From: Chiloscyllium plagiosum
Lineage: Eukaryota
Length of the DNA stretch: 62,000 nt
Direction of reading: 5' to 3'
NCBI RefSeq assembly: GCF_004010195.1
Contig: NC_057719.1
Span: 62,064,079-62,126,078 of the forward strand
Of this stretch, positions 26,705-39,828 are shown piece by piece; the stretch's first letter is position 1; each line of letters starts with the position of its first letter. The position numbers and the translations under genes are program-made. Under the pieces are notes generated by a model. The model ran no database searches. It was not told the DNA's origin and saw only the letters and a program-made list of their open reading frames with translations.

Positions 26705-27165
26705 AGAGTCATAAAGTTATAGGGTCATACAGCATTGAAACAGCCCCTTTCGGTCTAACTTGTCCATTCTGAACAGGGTTCCCAAACTATAGTAGTTCCA
26801 TTTGCCTGAGTTTGGCCCATATCTCTCGAGACCATTCCCATTCATGTACCTGACCAAATGTTTTTTCAATATTGTAACTATACCTGCATCGACCACTTCC
26901 ATTGGCAGTTCATTCCATATATGCATCACCCTCTGTGTGAAAAACCTGCCCCTCAGATCCTTTTTCAAACTTTCTCCTCTCCTCTTAAACCTATGCCCTC
27001 TAGTTTTGAACTCCCCCACCATTGGGAAAAGACCTTTGCTATTCACCTTAGCTGTGCCCCTCATGATATTATCAGCTTCTATAAGATCATTCCTCAACCT
27101 CCCACCCTCCAGGGGAAGAAAATCTCAACTTCTCCTTGTAACCCAAACCCTCCAGTCCCAGCAAA
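26705..27165 (-). mobile_element. CR1/HER1 3' fragment
   Basis: DLIEA..IMRG...FFTQRVMHIWNELP. Confidence 0.9.
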
Positions 27166-28311
27166 TTTAATAATATCCTTTCTTTTATAAAGCAAGCAGA
27201 ACAGTATGCAGTGCAGAAGTCTAGCCCTGAAGCAGATATTGCACTGCGTAGTGCAAAATGGATGTAGAGAAACTGGCTTTGTCGTGACCAGGATTCCTAC
27301 TGACTGTTTATTCAGGGCTAAGGTGGGTACACATTATCTATAAAACCCAGCTCAGTGTTACCATACTGGCAGGAATGTGATTGTTTTTAGTTTAATCTCT
27401 GGCATCTTAACACATTTATTTTATCCTTCAATTTAAGCCAATCCTTTTTCAACTTTTCTCAGTTCCTCCCATGTTACATACCACTAGCAGGCCAAGTATT
27501 AACTAGTTATCTCCTTCTAGCGCTTGACCATGGTTTTATCTCCATCTCTCAGGTGCTGCATAAGACTAGCCTCAGGTTCTGTCCTTGTTATTTTTTCCAA
27601 TGACTTCCTTGAAGGGAGAACCACAGTCTCCAATACAGAGACTAGGAACAGTATAAAGCTGCTGTGTCCCTCTGTAACATGCTAGTATAACACTGCATTT
27701 TATCTGCTGCACCTCTCTGAATCTAATAAATATTCATTGTTACTTAAGCAATCGTTATAGTCCATCATCTGGGTTGAACACTGACAGTCTCTCTTCAAGA
27801 AAAATGGTGCGATGGGAATCATCCATCTCAAAAATAAACAATTGCAATGAACAATTTCAAATGGGAAAAAAATCTTGCGGTGATTCAGTTGTTCTTTGTT
27901 CCCAAGGTCAAACTGACCCCCCCCCCCCCGCCCTCAGAACATTTGATTTTGACAGTTTATGTGTGTACAATGCTGTTCACATTGAAGAATGTCATGGAGC
28001 ACTTCACAAGTTAACTAGCCAGCACCAAGCAAGAAACAAAAAATATCAGAGAGGGGGGCAGGTCAAAGGAATGATGAACAAAAAGGCTTCTGGGGGGAAC
28101 ACTTTTTAACAGTTAGTCATGAGGATGCTAACACCAAGTTATTTCACAGAAGAACAGAGCACAAAACAGTATAGTACAGGCCCTTTGGCCCTCGATGTTG
28201 CGCCGAACTGTGAAACCAATCTGAAGCCCATCTAACCTACACTATTCCATTATCATCTGCAAGTTTATCAGATTTCAGAGATGTTGTTACACCTCAGGAG
28301 CAGGTGGAACT

Positions 28312-28893
28312 TGTTACGGATCAGGCCAGACCCCCACTCAAATTATTTTAAAAAGGTAGACTAGACCCTAGATTTCTCTTATTTTAAACGCTGATGTGAA
28401 GTGGGAGTTCCAGGTGAGATGCAATTGGCCAAACCACTTGACTGTAAGCAAAACAGAATTTATGTAATCACTAATGTTGAAATACAAACTAAAGAATGTG
28501 GAAGTTAGAATAACCTAACTATTGGAAAACCAAACCAATCTGATAGAGTAAGTATTACTAATTAACAGTTCCAATATAATAACATCCCATAAACACACCC
28601 CTTTGCATAAAGGTAAATTCAAACACAGATTCTCACAGGCAGCAGGAAACAATGGTCAGAGAGAGATTTCAGAAAAGTCATAGGAATTCTTTACTGAAGC
28701 TTGCACCTCTTCTGGACTCACATACCTTGTGACTACTACAGCTTAAAAAAACTAGAAAAAAAAACACTACTGGAAGAACTGGTCACTCCCCTTCCATTGT
28801 TAAACCAGACTCCTCAGCACCTCTGCCTTTATGGCCTCTCTTCAAGAAGAAACCAAGGACAAATAACCTATTTAAAGTGACTGCATCATCAGA
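28312..28893. mobile_element. Solo LTR (same family as 52437-53025) inserted into a tRNA-SINE relic
   Basis: Starts TGTTACGGATCAGGCCAGACC, ends AAACCAAGGACAAATAACC...GCATCATCAGA; colinear with 52437-53025; the flanks rejoin as GGAGCAGGTGGGACTTGAACCC. Confidence 0.8.
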
Positions 28894-29249
28894 GACTTGA
28901 ACCCAGACCTCCTGCCTCACAGCCCCAACAACAAGTCATCTAAATATATAATTAAGCAAAGTCCCTCACTTGTGTATCTTGACAATATAATTAAATAACC
29001 ATTAAGAGAGAGGAAGGTGCATGCTTAGCATGTCATTGGGGAAAGTTGTCAGGTAGATAAGAGCAATCGGTTTGAAATTGAGGACTAGCAGTTGAACTTG
29101 ATTTATTAGTATAGAAAAAGCCTAATAGGATTTGGCTGAGTATGCACAGTCAATGATGAGAGCACATAATTCTTCCTGAAGCCATTGTATTCGGTCCTTC
29201 TCCCTCACAAAATCTCTTTTTTGGATCTAATTCCAGTAATGCCTATAAG

Positions 29250-29790
29250 TGCTGCTGAGTCAGGCTGTTCAGCATTCTATGTATCCCTAAATTTGACCTA
29301 TCCATCATGTCTTCTCCACTACTTTCACCTGCATGATGTCTCCTACCTTCATCTCTCCCTCAGTCCATCAACAGCTGATACTTTAATATTTGCTACTATT
29401 GCTTCCAGAGGCAACAATTCCAATGCTTCCCTTACTGGGCGGACTCTCAACCTCCACGATTGAATCTCCACAGCCCATATCCTCATCTGCAACAAGTCTT
29501 GCTTGCCCAAGACTTCTGCTCTCTGACAAAAATTGATTATTCGTTCCTGAGTGCTTCCCATATAAAAATTTAATGCTCACATTCAAAATCTCTTATGGCC
29601 TCAGCCCTCCAATCTAGGTCATCTTGTCCAGCCCTGCAATTCTCCAAGAATTCTGCAGATTTCCAAATGCTTACCATTCATTCCTCTCCCATTTATTTCA
29701 TCTTAGTATTGGCAGCTCTACCAAAATGAGCTCATTCCAACATTCTGGAATTTTCAGTCTAAACCTCACTGCCTGTTTGCCTCCCTCTCA
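29250..29790 (+). mobile_element. L2-clade LINE relic
   Basis: TADTLIFATIASRGNNSNASLTG resembles L2 L.HA.V.SRLDYCN.LL.G; FKILML.FK-like block. Confidence 0.6.
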
Positions 29791-29814
29791 TGTCTCTCTT
29801 GCCAACGCATGTGA

Positions 29815-30930
29815 ACAGGAAGTTGGTATCTTTATTATCATCATTGTGTACCCATTTATTGCCCATCTCTAGTTGGTTGAGAAGATCGTGGTAAGATGCC
29901 TTCTTGATGTAGTTGGACCCACAAAGACATGAGGAGGGAATTCCATGATTTTGACCCAGCAACACAGGAAGAACAGCAATGTATTTCCAAGTCAGGGTAG
30001 CGAGTGGCTTAGATAGGCTGGCGTTCCCATTTATCTAGTATCCCAATCCTTCTAGATGGTAGTGGTCATTTCTTTGGAAGGTGCTGTCTCAGGAAACTTG
30101 GTGAATTTCTGTAGTGCATGTTGTTGATGGTACACACTGCTGTTCTTGAGCATTGGTGGTGAAGTGAGTGAATGTTAGTGGATGTGGTGCAAATCACGCC
30201 AATTGCTTTGTCTTGGATAGTGTTAAGCTTCTTGAATTTTGCTGGAGCTGCACTCATTTAAGCAAGTGGGAAATGTTCCATCACACTTTTGCCTTGTGGC
30301 TGGCAAATAGTGGACAAGCTTTGGGAGCCAAGAGGTGAGTTACTTGCTGCAAGATTTCCAGCCTCTGACATGCTATTGTAGCATCTGTGTTTATGTGGTC
30401 AATCCAGTTGTGTTTCTGGGTCAATGATAACCCCCAGCATGAGTAATTCAGTATCAGTAACACCACTGAATATCAAGGGGTGATAGTTAAATTGCCTTTT
30501 ATTGGGAATGGGCATTGCTTGACACTTGTGCACTGTGAATGTTATTTGCCACTTGTCAGGTCTGACTACAGTTGGACAGCGATTGCTTCAGTGTTGAAGG
30601 AGTAGCAAATTGTACCAAACATTATTTCTGACACGATGATAGATGGATGGACATTGATGAAGCAGCTGAAGATGGTTAGGCCTAGGACACTACCCTGTGG
30701 AACTCTTGCAGAGATGTCCTGGAGACAGATGTGACAGACCTCCAACAACCATAACTAACTTTCTTTGTGCTTGGTATGACTCCAATCAGTGGAATGTTTT
30801 TCCCCCAGACACACATTGACTTCAGTTTTGATTAAGCACCTTGATGCCACACTGGGTCAAATCCAGTTTGAATGTCAAGGAAGGTCATTCTCTCCTCAGA
30901 TCTTTTATCCCTGTTTGAACTAAGCGTTTA
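29815..30930 (-). mobile_element. Old CR1/L2-group LINE 3' portion
   Basis: VPQGSVLGLTIFSCFIN, LNTIQDKA, SLHH; same family as 34425-35665. Confidence 0.85.
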
Positions 30931-32116
30931 ATCAAAACACTTGTTTCTTAAAGGATGTGATAATCCAGAACAGGCAACATTATGGACATCCTCATTGGAC
31001 AGAAATGGTTTTGATGCCATGTTAGGCCACAAGTTAGTCCACTCCTATAAAACTGTTTTGAGTCTTAATTAACTTTCAGCTTTAACGTCTTTATTTTAAA
31101 TGGATTGACATTTAAAAAGCGCTAAAAAGAATTTTACTCAAGTTCACTAATGCTCTTGATGCAAGAGGAAATGAAACTTCACAGTGTTATATCATACATG
31201 AACTGTTTTTTTCTTGGCCTGATGAACATGCTCTGCATGAAACAACATCCTGGGTGTAGAGAATTCACAGAAAAGAATGTCTTATCATTTCAAAGTTCTT
31301 TTTTGTACAGGCAAAATGATCAGCCATTATGTGCAGCAACTCAAAGGATAATTTTTCAGGTTTTGAAAGCAGGAGAGCAGCAATGCATTACAGTAGACTC
31401 ACTGTATTGAAAAAAGCTAATGGATTGTAAAAGCTTTCAGTTTTGTTAAATCATTATTGATCCATCTGCCAGAAAATGTTCTGCATGCATTCAGTGGAAG
31501 GGAAATCAGTTTTATGCATAAATTGTCTTTCCTTTTGCAATATTTATTGTTGTACAATAGTGGCTCAAGACATTCGCAATGAGGATGTGTAAATAACAGG
31601 TTAACTGCTCAACATGTCATAAGTATGAATTTTATTATCTAATAACTGTATTAGACAAACCTTTCTCCAATAGTGTTTGAGATTATATCTGGCTAACTTG
31701 GTTTATGACTGAAGTGCAGATATGGTGGTGAAAGGGCAGTGAATTCAGCTTTATAGAAGCTAATAAATCTTCCAAGCGCCTATATTTTTTTCTGTAGTCA
31801 GTTTTCATCTTCTTCAGAATAGATGAAACTAAGTCATTTTAGATAAGGTGAAGCTTTGACTGACATCACTAATGTTCTGCTGCTTGATTAGGAAAGCAAA
31901 TCATTTCTCATGAAGCCGTTGAGGGGAGGAAGAACCATTTCACAAGCATTTCTCTAACCCCTTGATTGCAGTCCAGGAATGGGGGTGTGGGAAGGCCAGG
32001 AATATAAGGGGATTCAAGTCAGGACAGCTTCTCAGTGCATTTTGTTGCCCGATAAGAGGTACTCAAGCTTTTTACCCAGGTATTCCTCCCTTGTGTGACA
32101 AACACTGGTTTTTGGA

Positions 32117-32315
32117 CCGCTCGGTGGCTCAGTGGTTAGCACTGCTACCTCACAGGGCCATAGACCCGGGTTTGATTCCACCTGCAGATGACTGCCTGTG
32201 TGGAGTTTGCACATTCTCCCTGTGTCTGCATGGGCTTCCTCTGGGTGCTCCTGTTTCCTCCCACAATCCAAAGGTGTGCAGGTAAAGTGGATTGGCCATG
32301 CTAAATTGCCAATAG
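32117..32315 (+). mobile_element. HE1-type SINE 5' half
   Basis: GGTGGCTCAGTGGTTAGCACTGCT...GGGTTTGATTCC...core. Confidence 0.9.
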
Positions 32316-32429
32316 TGCCCATGGACAAGTGGCTATCCATGTGGGCTGAAGGCTGCGCTAGCACACTGGAGACAATGCTGGATCTCTTCATCAATAGCTG
32401 CTTTGGCCGTTAGGACAGGCCTCCATGCA

Positions 32430-33010
32430 GGCCTTAATGGGGGTGGGAGGGTTCATTCCACAATGCCAGACCAGACTGATGGGGGACCTTTCTCATGTGG
32501 ATGTTCAGGGTGAGACTCATGCTGTCATATGCCTCTGTAAAGTGCTGACAATAGTCTGGGCTACGTCATCTGAGGTTATACATTCGCAGGTATCACCTGC
32601 ATACTGCAGCTCGATGACACTGGTTGGGGTGCCTTTGGCTTTGACTTGAAGGTGGTGGAGGTTGAATAATTTCCCCCAGGTTCTGTAAGTTACCTCCAAT
32701 ACAGCGGGGAGCTTATTGGCGATGAGGTGAAGCATTGCAGCGAGGTAGATCAAGAACAGTGTTGGGGTGATGATGCAGCCCTGCTTGACACCGGTTCAAA
32801 TGGGGAATGGATTGGTGGTGGAGCCATCTGTTATTACCACAACTTCCATGTCATTGTGGACCAGGCAAAAGATGGTGAGAACAACCAAAGTGGAGAAGAA
32901 TGCTCTATAATACATTCCGCTTGACAGTGTCAAAGGCCTTTGTAAGGTCGAAGAAGGCCATTACAGAGGTAGGTTCTTTTCTCTGTACTTCTCCTGCAGC
33001 TGGGATCTGC
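32430..33010 (-). mobile_element. RTE-clade LINE, inverted RT segment
   Basis: AFFDLTKAFDTVKR, VKQGCIITPTLFLIYLAAMLHL, ELQYAGD (YADD variant). Confidence 0.88.
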
Positions 33011-33511
33011 CAGGCCAACATACCCAGCATTGAGGCTCTATCCCCCCCCCCCCCCCCCCCCAAAATGCTGCAATGGACTGGGCGCGTCATCCACATGACC
33101 AACATGAGGTTCCCCAAGTAGATGCTCTACACCATGCTCCGAAACAGCAGATGAGCCCCAGGTGGACAGGGGAAGTGCTTCAGGGATACCCTCAAGGCCT
33201 CATAGGCAAAGTGCAGCATTCCCACATAAACCTGGGAATCACTGGCCCAAAACTGTCCAAAGTGGAGGAGAAACATCTGGAAAAGTATCGAGCACCTCGA
33301 GATTCGCCATTGGGAACAAGTGGAAGCCAGGCGCAAACAGTGAAAGGAGCACGCTGCTGCACCAACACCCTACCCACCCCTTCCCGTGACCACCACCTGC
33401 CCCAAGTGTAACAGAGCCTGCAGCAGCCTCATCGGTCTGTCCAGCCACCTACAGACTCACCCTGAGAGCGGAAGAGAGTCATCCTTATCTGCAAAGGACC
33501 GCTAATGATGA
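33011..33511 (+). mobile_element. RTE-clade LINE 3' segment
   Basis: ANIPSIEAL..QWTGRVIHM...; C2H2 CPKCNRACSSLIGLSSHLQTH (33398-33460); TAATGATGA tail. Confidence 0.88.
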
Positions 33512-33519
33512 GGTGGTTG

Positions 33520-34045
33520 GATTTGAAACAGGGAAGAAGAATTTTGGATGTCTTCATGTTTATGTTGGACAGAAAGTAGAAACCAGCTAGGAGCTTGTCA
33601 GGTCTAGAGTAACAAAGAGATGGGAGATAGTTTCAGCAGCAGGTAAAATAAGGCAGGGTGTAAGTTAGGTGATATCATAAAAGGAGAAGTAACTATTTAG
33701 AGCATCCAGCCAGGGTTAATCGCAACACCAAAGTTGCAAACGAACTCGTTCGAATCTCAGACTGCTGCTCAGGAGAATTATGGAGTCTTCGTTTAGGAAC
33801 AGCGTTTTGAGAGGGGACTGGAGACAATAGCTTCAGTTTTCTCAATATGTTCAAAGTTTTTATTCATCGAGTAGATTCATCAACAAATCTGATCATTTAG
33901 CAGCAGTGAATGAACTGAGAAGGTGGTGCTGTGTTGGAGCTGAGTATCATCAGTCTTAAATCTAACACTGTACTTCTGGATGATGTTGGCTAAGGGTGGC
34001 ATTGGGATGAAAATTAAGAAGGGGACAAGGAGAAATGCTTCAGGA
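33520..34045 (-). mobile_element. L2 LINE relic
   Basis: LLVPFLIFIPMPPLANII...TDDTQL (YADDTQL variant). Confidence 0.7.
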
Positions 34046-34102
34046 GAGGATGGAAAAGAAAATACATGATGGAGATAAAAATACAATATTCATAAAACAC
34101 TA

Positions 34103-34232
34103 CACACCTGATGAAGGGCTTTTGCCGCAACATCGATTTTCCTGCTCCTCGGATGCTGCCTAACCTGCTGTGCTTTTCCAGCACCACACTCTCGACTCTA
34201 ATCTCCAGCATCTAAGTACTCACTTTTGACCA
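34103..34232 (+). mobile_element. Family B Penelope-derived short element with degenerate hammerhead
   Basis: CCTGATGAAGGGCTTTTGCCGCAACATCG...GGATGCTGCCTAACCTGCTGTGCTTTTCCAGC. Confidence 0.85.
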
Positions 34233-34424
34233 GGTGAATTCTGGTCATGGTACAAAGCATGGCAAATCATTGGTGTGGATGAAAATGTGTTTTAATAGAA
34301 TGGTGCCAGAGATGAACCATTATTTATATTTGAAGGGCCTAATGTGATTGGAATTGCATCACTTGGAGCAGAGAGAATGTCAGGAAGATTTGATGGAGGT
34401 GTTCAAAATTTATGCAAAGTTATG

Positions 34425-35665
34425 GTTTTTTTATTCACTCATGGGACAGGGCATTGCTGGCCGGGGTCGTATATATTGCTCGTCCTTAGTTGCCCTTGAA
34501 TGGGGAGCCTCCTTGATCTGCTGCAGTACATCTGCTGTGAGTTGACCCACTATGCCCTTAGGGAGGGAATTCCAGGATTTTGATCCAATGTCAGTGAAGG
34601 TATGGTGATATATTTCCAAGTCAGGATGATGAGTAGCTTGATGGAAAAGTGCAGGTTGTGATGTTCCCATGTGTCTGCTGTCCTTGTCCTTCTAGGTGGA
34701 ACTAGTCATTGGTTTGAAGGTGCTTTCTCAGGATCTTTATTGAATTTCTACAGTGCACCTTGTTGATCATAAACACTGCTGCTATTGAGCATTGGTAGTG
34801 AAGGGAGTGGCTGTTTGTAGATGTTATGGCAATCAAGCCAGCTGCTTTATCCTGATAGCGTCAAGGTTCTTGAGTATCGTTGGAGCTGCACCCATCCAGC
34901 TAAGTGGCGGGTATTCCACCACAGTCCTGAGTTGTGCCTTGTGGATGGTGGAACAGGCTTTGGGGAATCAGAAACTGTATTACTCCCTTTAGTATTCCTA
35001 GCCTTTGGCCTCGTCTTGCAGTCACCATATTTATATACTGAATCCAGTTGAGTTTTTAGCCAATGGTAACCCCCACGATGTTGATAGGGGGGTAATTCAG
35101 TGATGGTAACACCATTGAATGTGAAGGGATGGTGGTTAGATTACGTCTTACTGGAGACGGTCATTGCCTGACAGTTGTGTGCCATGAATGTTACTTCCCA
35201 CTTGTCAGCCCAAGCCTGAATATTGTTAGATTTTTGCATTTGGACATGGACTGCTTCAGAATCAGAGGAATTGCAAAAGGTACTGAACATTGTTCAATCA
35301 TTGGTGAACATCCCATATCCGACTTTATGATAGAAAGAATCTCATCAATGAAGTAGCTGAAGATGTTTGAGCCTAAGACACTATACCAAGCAACTCCTGC
35401 AAAGATGTCCTGCAAAGGTGACTGATCTCTCCAACAATCTTTCTATCAACTAACCATGGAGAGTTTGTGCCCTGATACCCACTGACTTCATAACACACTC
35501 AGTCAATTGTGACCTTGATGTCACTCTCACCTCACCTCTGGAATTCAGTTCTTTTGTCCAAGTTTGAAGTAAGGCTGTGGTGAGGTCAGGAGCTGAGTGG
35601 AACCCAAACTGGGCATCACTGAGCAGTTTATTGCTGAGCAGGGGCTGCTTGATAGCATTATCATT
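34425..35665 (-). mobile_element. Old CR1/L2-group LINE 3' portion
   Basis: SVLGSNIFSYFID..., SKSWNSLP; same family as 29815-30930. Confidence 0.85.
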
Positions 35666-36019
35666 GGAATAAATAAGGAGAAACCATTTCCAGTGGCCGA
35701 AGAGTCAGTCCACTGATTTAAGGTGTTTGACAAAAAAACAAAAGGTGACACCAGGGAAAAAAAAAAATCACACTGAGTTGTTCATGGTTTGGAATGCTCC
35801 ACTTGTCAAAAAAGAAATGGATAAATAGAGTAAATCTGGAGGGATATGGGGTAAGAGCTGCATATTGGGACGATTTGGATAAGTTCTTTCAAAGAGTTAG
35901 CACATGTACAATGGACAGAATAGCTTCCTTCAGCAATGCATTGTTCAATGATTGAATAATTTCTTCAGCTCCACAATTTAGATGCAGTCCTCCAGAGGTT
36001 CCTGTAAGGTAACTGGATA

Positions 36020-36390
36020 TTGCCTGTGCAGTACTGAAGTGCCATCTTTTGGACAAGATGCTCAAACAAAAGCTTATTAGTTGGTTGTAAAATCTCCCAC
36101 ATGACTAGTACTTCCATTTACATGTATTACTGTTCCTTTTGCCGGTTTTCCATTTGAGATGGCACGACATCAAAGAAGATCTGAGGAATTCTGGTAAATA
36201 CTTGCCCCTCAAAATCATTTTTTCTCAGTAACAAAATACAGTTTTGAACATGAAGTATCCCAGATATGATTATTTGCAGGGTGGTTGTTATATACAAATT
36301 GGCTCCTTCATTTCTCACATTGCAGTCACACTTCAGGCTACTCCACTGCCTGCAAATCACTTTAGGATGTTCAGTGGTCATGCGATAGAC
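36020..36390 (+). mobile_element. SacSINE1/DeuSINE-like relic
   Basis: GTGCAGTACTGA..GTGCCATCTTTTGG...AAATTGGCT...CACTTTAGGATGT. Confidence 0.5.
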
Positions 36391-36639
36391 CATGAGAGTG
36401 GAAATGTTTTCTTGATTGACTAACCATTGGAATAACCAAAGAAAATGATAACATCAGTGATTTCTCACATCACATCCCTTTAGATGGATCAAAGCTGAAA
36501 CGAGAGGAGTAGCGATTATACAATAAGCAATCTAGCACAGCTAAATCTAGCATAGGTCTTCTAAAAGATCTCAGGTCTCAGCAAAGGCAACAGGGAAAGT
36601 CATGGAAAGGCTTGGGAAATGGGAAATGTCCCTTGTGGA

Positions 36640-36903
36640 TTAGATTAGGTTAGATTTCCTACAGTGTGGAAACAGTCCACACCGACCCTCTGAAGAGTAA
36701 CCCACCCAGACCCATTTCCCTCTGACTAATGCACTTTAGCATGGCCAATTCACCTGACCTGCACATCTTTGGACTGTGGGAGGAAACTGAAGCACCCGGG
36801 GGAAACCCACGCAGACATGGGGAGAATGTGCAAACTCCACACAGACAATTGCCCGAGGCTGGAATCGAACCTGGGACCCTGACACTGTGAGGCAGCAGTG
36901 CAG
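36640..36903 (-). mobile_element. HE1-type SINE
   Basis: Core, B-box GGTTCGATTCC and (AATCT)n-like tail on the minus strand. Confidence 0.92.
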
Positions 36904-39505
36904 TAACCCTGTTAGAAATATGCATGTGGAAATGAGGAATGAGGACCTGATCTGTTGTAATGAACTTCATAGTTGGATCATCTGCTGGCATCCACTGTCA
37001 ACATTCACATCTGTATAATTACCATGTTGATGAGATACTGGGAGGTGCTGTGAAACTGTATCACAGCGAAGGACTTAACAGCAGCACAAGAGGAGGACAA
37101 AAACTAGAAAACAAAATGAATGTTAACGTCAAACATCTGGTACCTTAAATAGTTCATGAACAAGTTGCTTAACCATTTAAATGCAGCTATGGATAATGCA
37201 ATTTTTCATACCCTTGACTCTGAAATGCATTCAACATGAACTCAGTTCACTGAGTTTCCAGAATAAAAGCAGATACTGGATGGTATGTACAAAAATCAGA
37301 CATGTTCATCCTATTTCATTTTGTACTTGGTCATTTAGCAAATAGCTGTACTTTAACCAAAACATTTGTCAACAGTTTTAATGCATTTGTTTACATCTGC
37401 TATTGAAGCTCAGAACACTTCACCATTTGGACAGGGCAATAAATGCTGATCTAGCCTGCAACAGCCACATACTGTGAATGAATGCAAAAGAAATTATTCA
37501 TTCTGAAATGTGCTTCTCTTCTATGGGTGCTTACTGTGGGATCTGTATTCATAAATTGACCACGTAACGCCAATGGTTGTTCAACTGGGAAATACCTGCT
37601 GGTCAAAAATGGAGCAGAAATCAATGTATTACAAGCATAGATGAATGATTGGCTACAAAATTCTACTGTCCAGGTGGTGAAATTAGAAAAGTACATCCAG
37701 TGATTTTGAAGTAAAGTTGCAACCATTTTGGAGAAAGCAGAAAAATCTTGCATTCTTTTCATATCCAAAACCAGCAAGCATGTTACAATATCACATTAAA
37801 TATGATTTGCTATCATTTCATTGAAAGATTTGCCCGTGACTTTGAAGCAGCTGATGTAACTATAAAAAATCAATTGGCAAACCTGGTTCAAGCAAAGTCT
37901 TTAAATTCAACTTGTAATTGTAGTGTGACCTCTGATCGGTGCTTCTCAATTCTGCTATTTTCAGTGCAGTCATAATGAGAAGGAGAAATTAACACAGAAT
38001 ACTCTATTTCAAGGTAAATGTAATAAATCAGAAATTTACAAGAGGAAATCAGATGTAGCACAGCAGGTTAACAGGAGTAGGTGTCAGATTTTCCATCTCT
38101 TTAAGAAAAAAATCAATTTATTCTCGATTGCACATTAACCATTTTGGTCATTAACAGCTACAACGCATAGACTCTATTCCCTTTGCATTGCCATCAAAAG
38201 TGGTAAAACTTTGCTTCTCTTATGGACATAAGAATTCAGACTAGGCTATTTGACCTCTTGAGTCTGCTTCATCATTCAACATTATAATAGCTGGCTTGGT
38301 ATGATCTTCACAGTGCCAAGATATGCAATAACCTTTAACTGCCTTGCAAGGCAAGGGATCTGTTTCTCGCTTTGAAATTGGTATAGATCCACGAATAGAT
38401 AATATTGAGGGCTCACAGTCAGAGATATGTCTTGGAAATTGGAAAGTTCATGATCCCATTGCTGGTGGAGTGAGTCCTGGTAAGACTGTCAACTCAGAGT
38501 TGCAAGAATGACCATCACCACTTTGATGACTTTGAAAGGAATATTATTGAGGAAATGGGCAGAATCTTCCCAGCTCCTGTATGACATGAGCAGTGGCAAG
38601 TCCATTGGTAAACTATGGTGAGATTGGAAAAATGAGATTTGCAACATCAAGGATCAAAGGCAATTTTCCACCCAAGGTTTTAATAGCGAGATCAGAATTG
38701 TGCTAGTGCGCTGCAAAAGGCTCACTTGCGTGAATCATCATCTCATTAATTCTCAACTCATTTATGTGCAGTTTGCTATTTTCCCAGGAGTGGAGAGGAA
38801 CTAGACAGCAACAATTCTGAATGGGCGCAACTCACTTGCATGTTTTCCAGATATCCAGGTATCTTTCTTGGCCAACATTCCCCAACACCTCAGAGCAGTG
38901 ACACCCTCCATGGAAAGCAATCGCCTGCATTCTCCATCCACGATGGCTGTCATTGACAAATCATCAGGCTAACCACACCAAAAGGGCTCACTCATTTTTA
39001 ATATGAATCAAAACTTCAATACCACACTTTAGAGTTCACCTACACTTCACATATCAATACTACTGCTAGACTACTTTGCATGTGCCTGGGACAGGAACCC
39101 ATGTCTTCCATCAGCACAAAGTGAATCTCAGGATTTTTATTTTGCTTTCTTGGTGCTCACTCACTTTGTGCTTACTTGGATGCTAAAAGCATCTCTGCCT
39201 TGCCTTTCTTGGCCTTTTAAGAGTGCATAGATAGCCAGGTTGCTTGCAATGCTCAGCAGCAGTGAACAGCTCAGGGAGGGCTCTGGTCAGTCAGCTGGTC
39301 GCACATCAGTCAGAAAATGTGGTGAGGCGTTGTGAGTAAGTGAGGAGGAAACACAGAGGGCATGACAGGTTAGTGTCTGGGAGGATTAAGTGGAGTGTGT
39401 GCGCAAGAACACAAAAAGCTCACACAAGGGTGCAGCAGATATTCAGGAAGTCTCATGGAAGCTGACCCTTATCTCAAGGAGGCTGCAGTATAAGCATAGA
39501 TAAGT

Positions 39506-39826
39506 GGGCGGCACGATGGGCGGCACGGTGGCACAGTGGTTAGCACTGCTGCCTCGCAGCGCCAGAGACCCGGGTTCAATTCCCGACTCAGGCGACTGAC
39601 TGTGTGGAGTTTGCACGTTCTCCCCGTGTCTGCGTGGGTTTCCTCCGGGTGCTCCGGTTTCCTCCCACAGTCCAAAGATGTGCAGGGTCAGGTGAATTGG
39701 CCATACTAAATTGCCCGTAGTGTTAGAAAAGGGGTAAATGTAGGGGTATGGGTGGGTTTCGCTTCGGCGGGTCGGTGTGGACTTGTTGGGCCGAAGGGCC
39801 TGTTTCCACACTGTAATCTAATCTAA
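39506..39826 (+). mobile_element. HE1-type SINE, young, with duplicated 5' head
   Basis: GGGCGGCACGAT-GGGCGGCACGGTGGCACAGTGGTTAGC; B-box GGTTCAATTCC; (TAATC)n tail; TAAGT on both sides (39501-39505 / 39824-39828). Confidence 0.95.
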
Positions 39827-39828
39827 GT

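Noticed and set aside
27472..27780. LTR-like segment with TATAAA and AATAAA
   Set aside because: No TSD or second copy; boundaries unsupported
33042..33061. Poly-C tracts (also ~11695, ~26493, ~27917)
   Set aside because: Simple homopolymers with no evidence of function
38555..39300. Possible non-autonomous DNA transposon starting GGGCAGAATCTTCC
   Set aside because: Matching terminal inverted repeat not found
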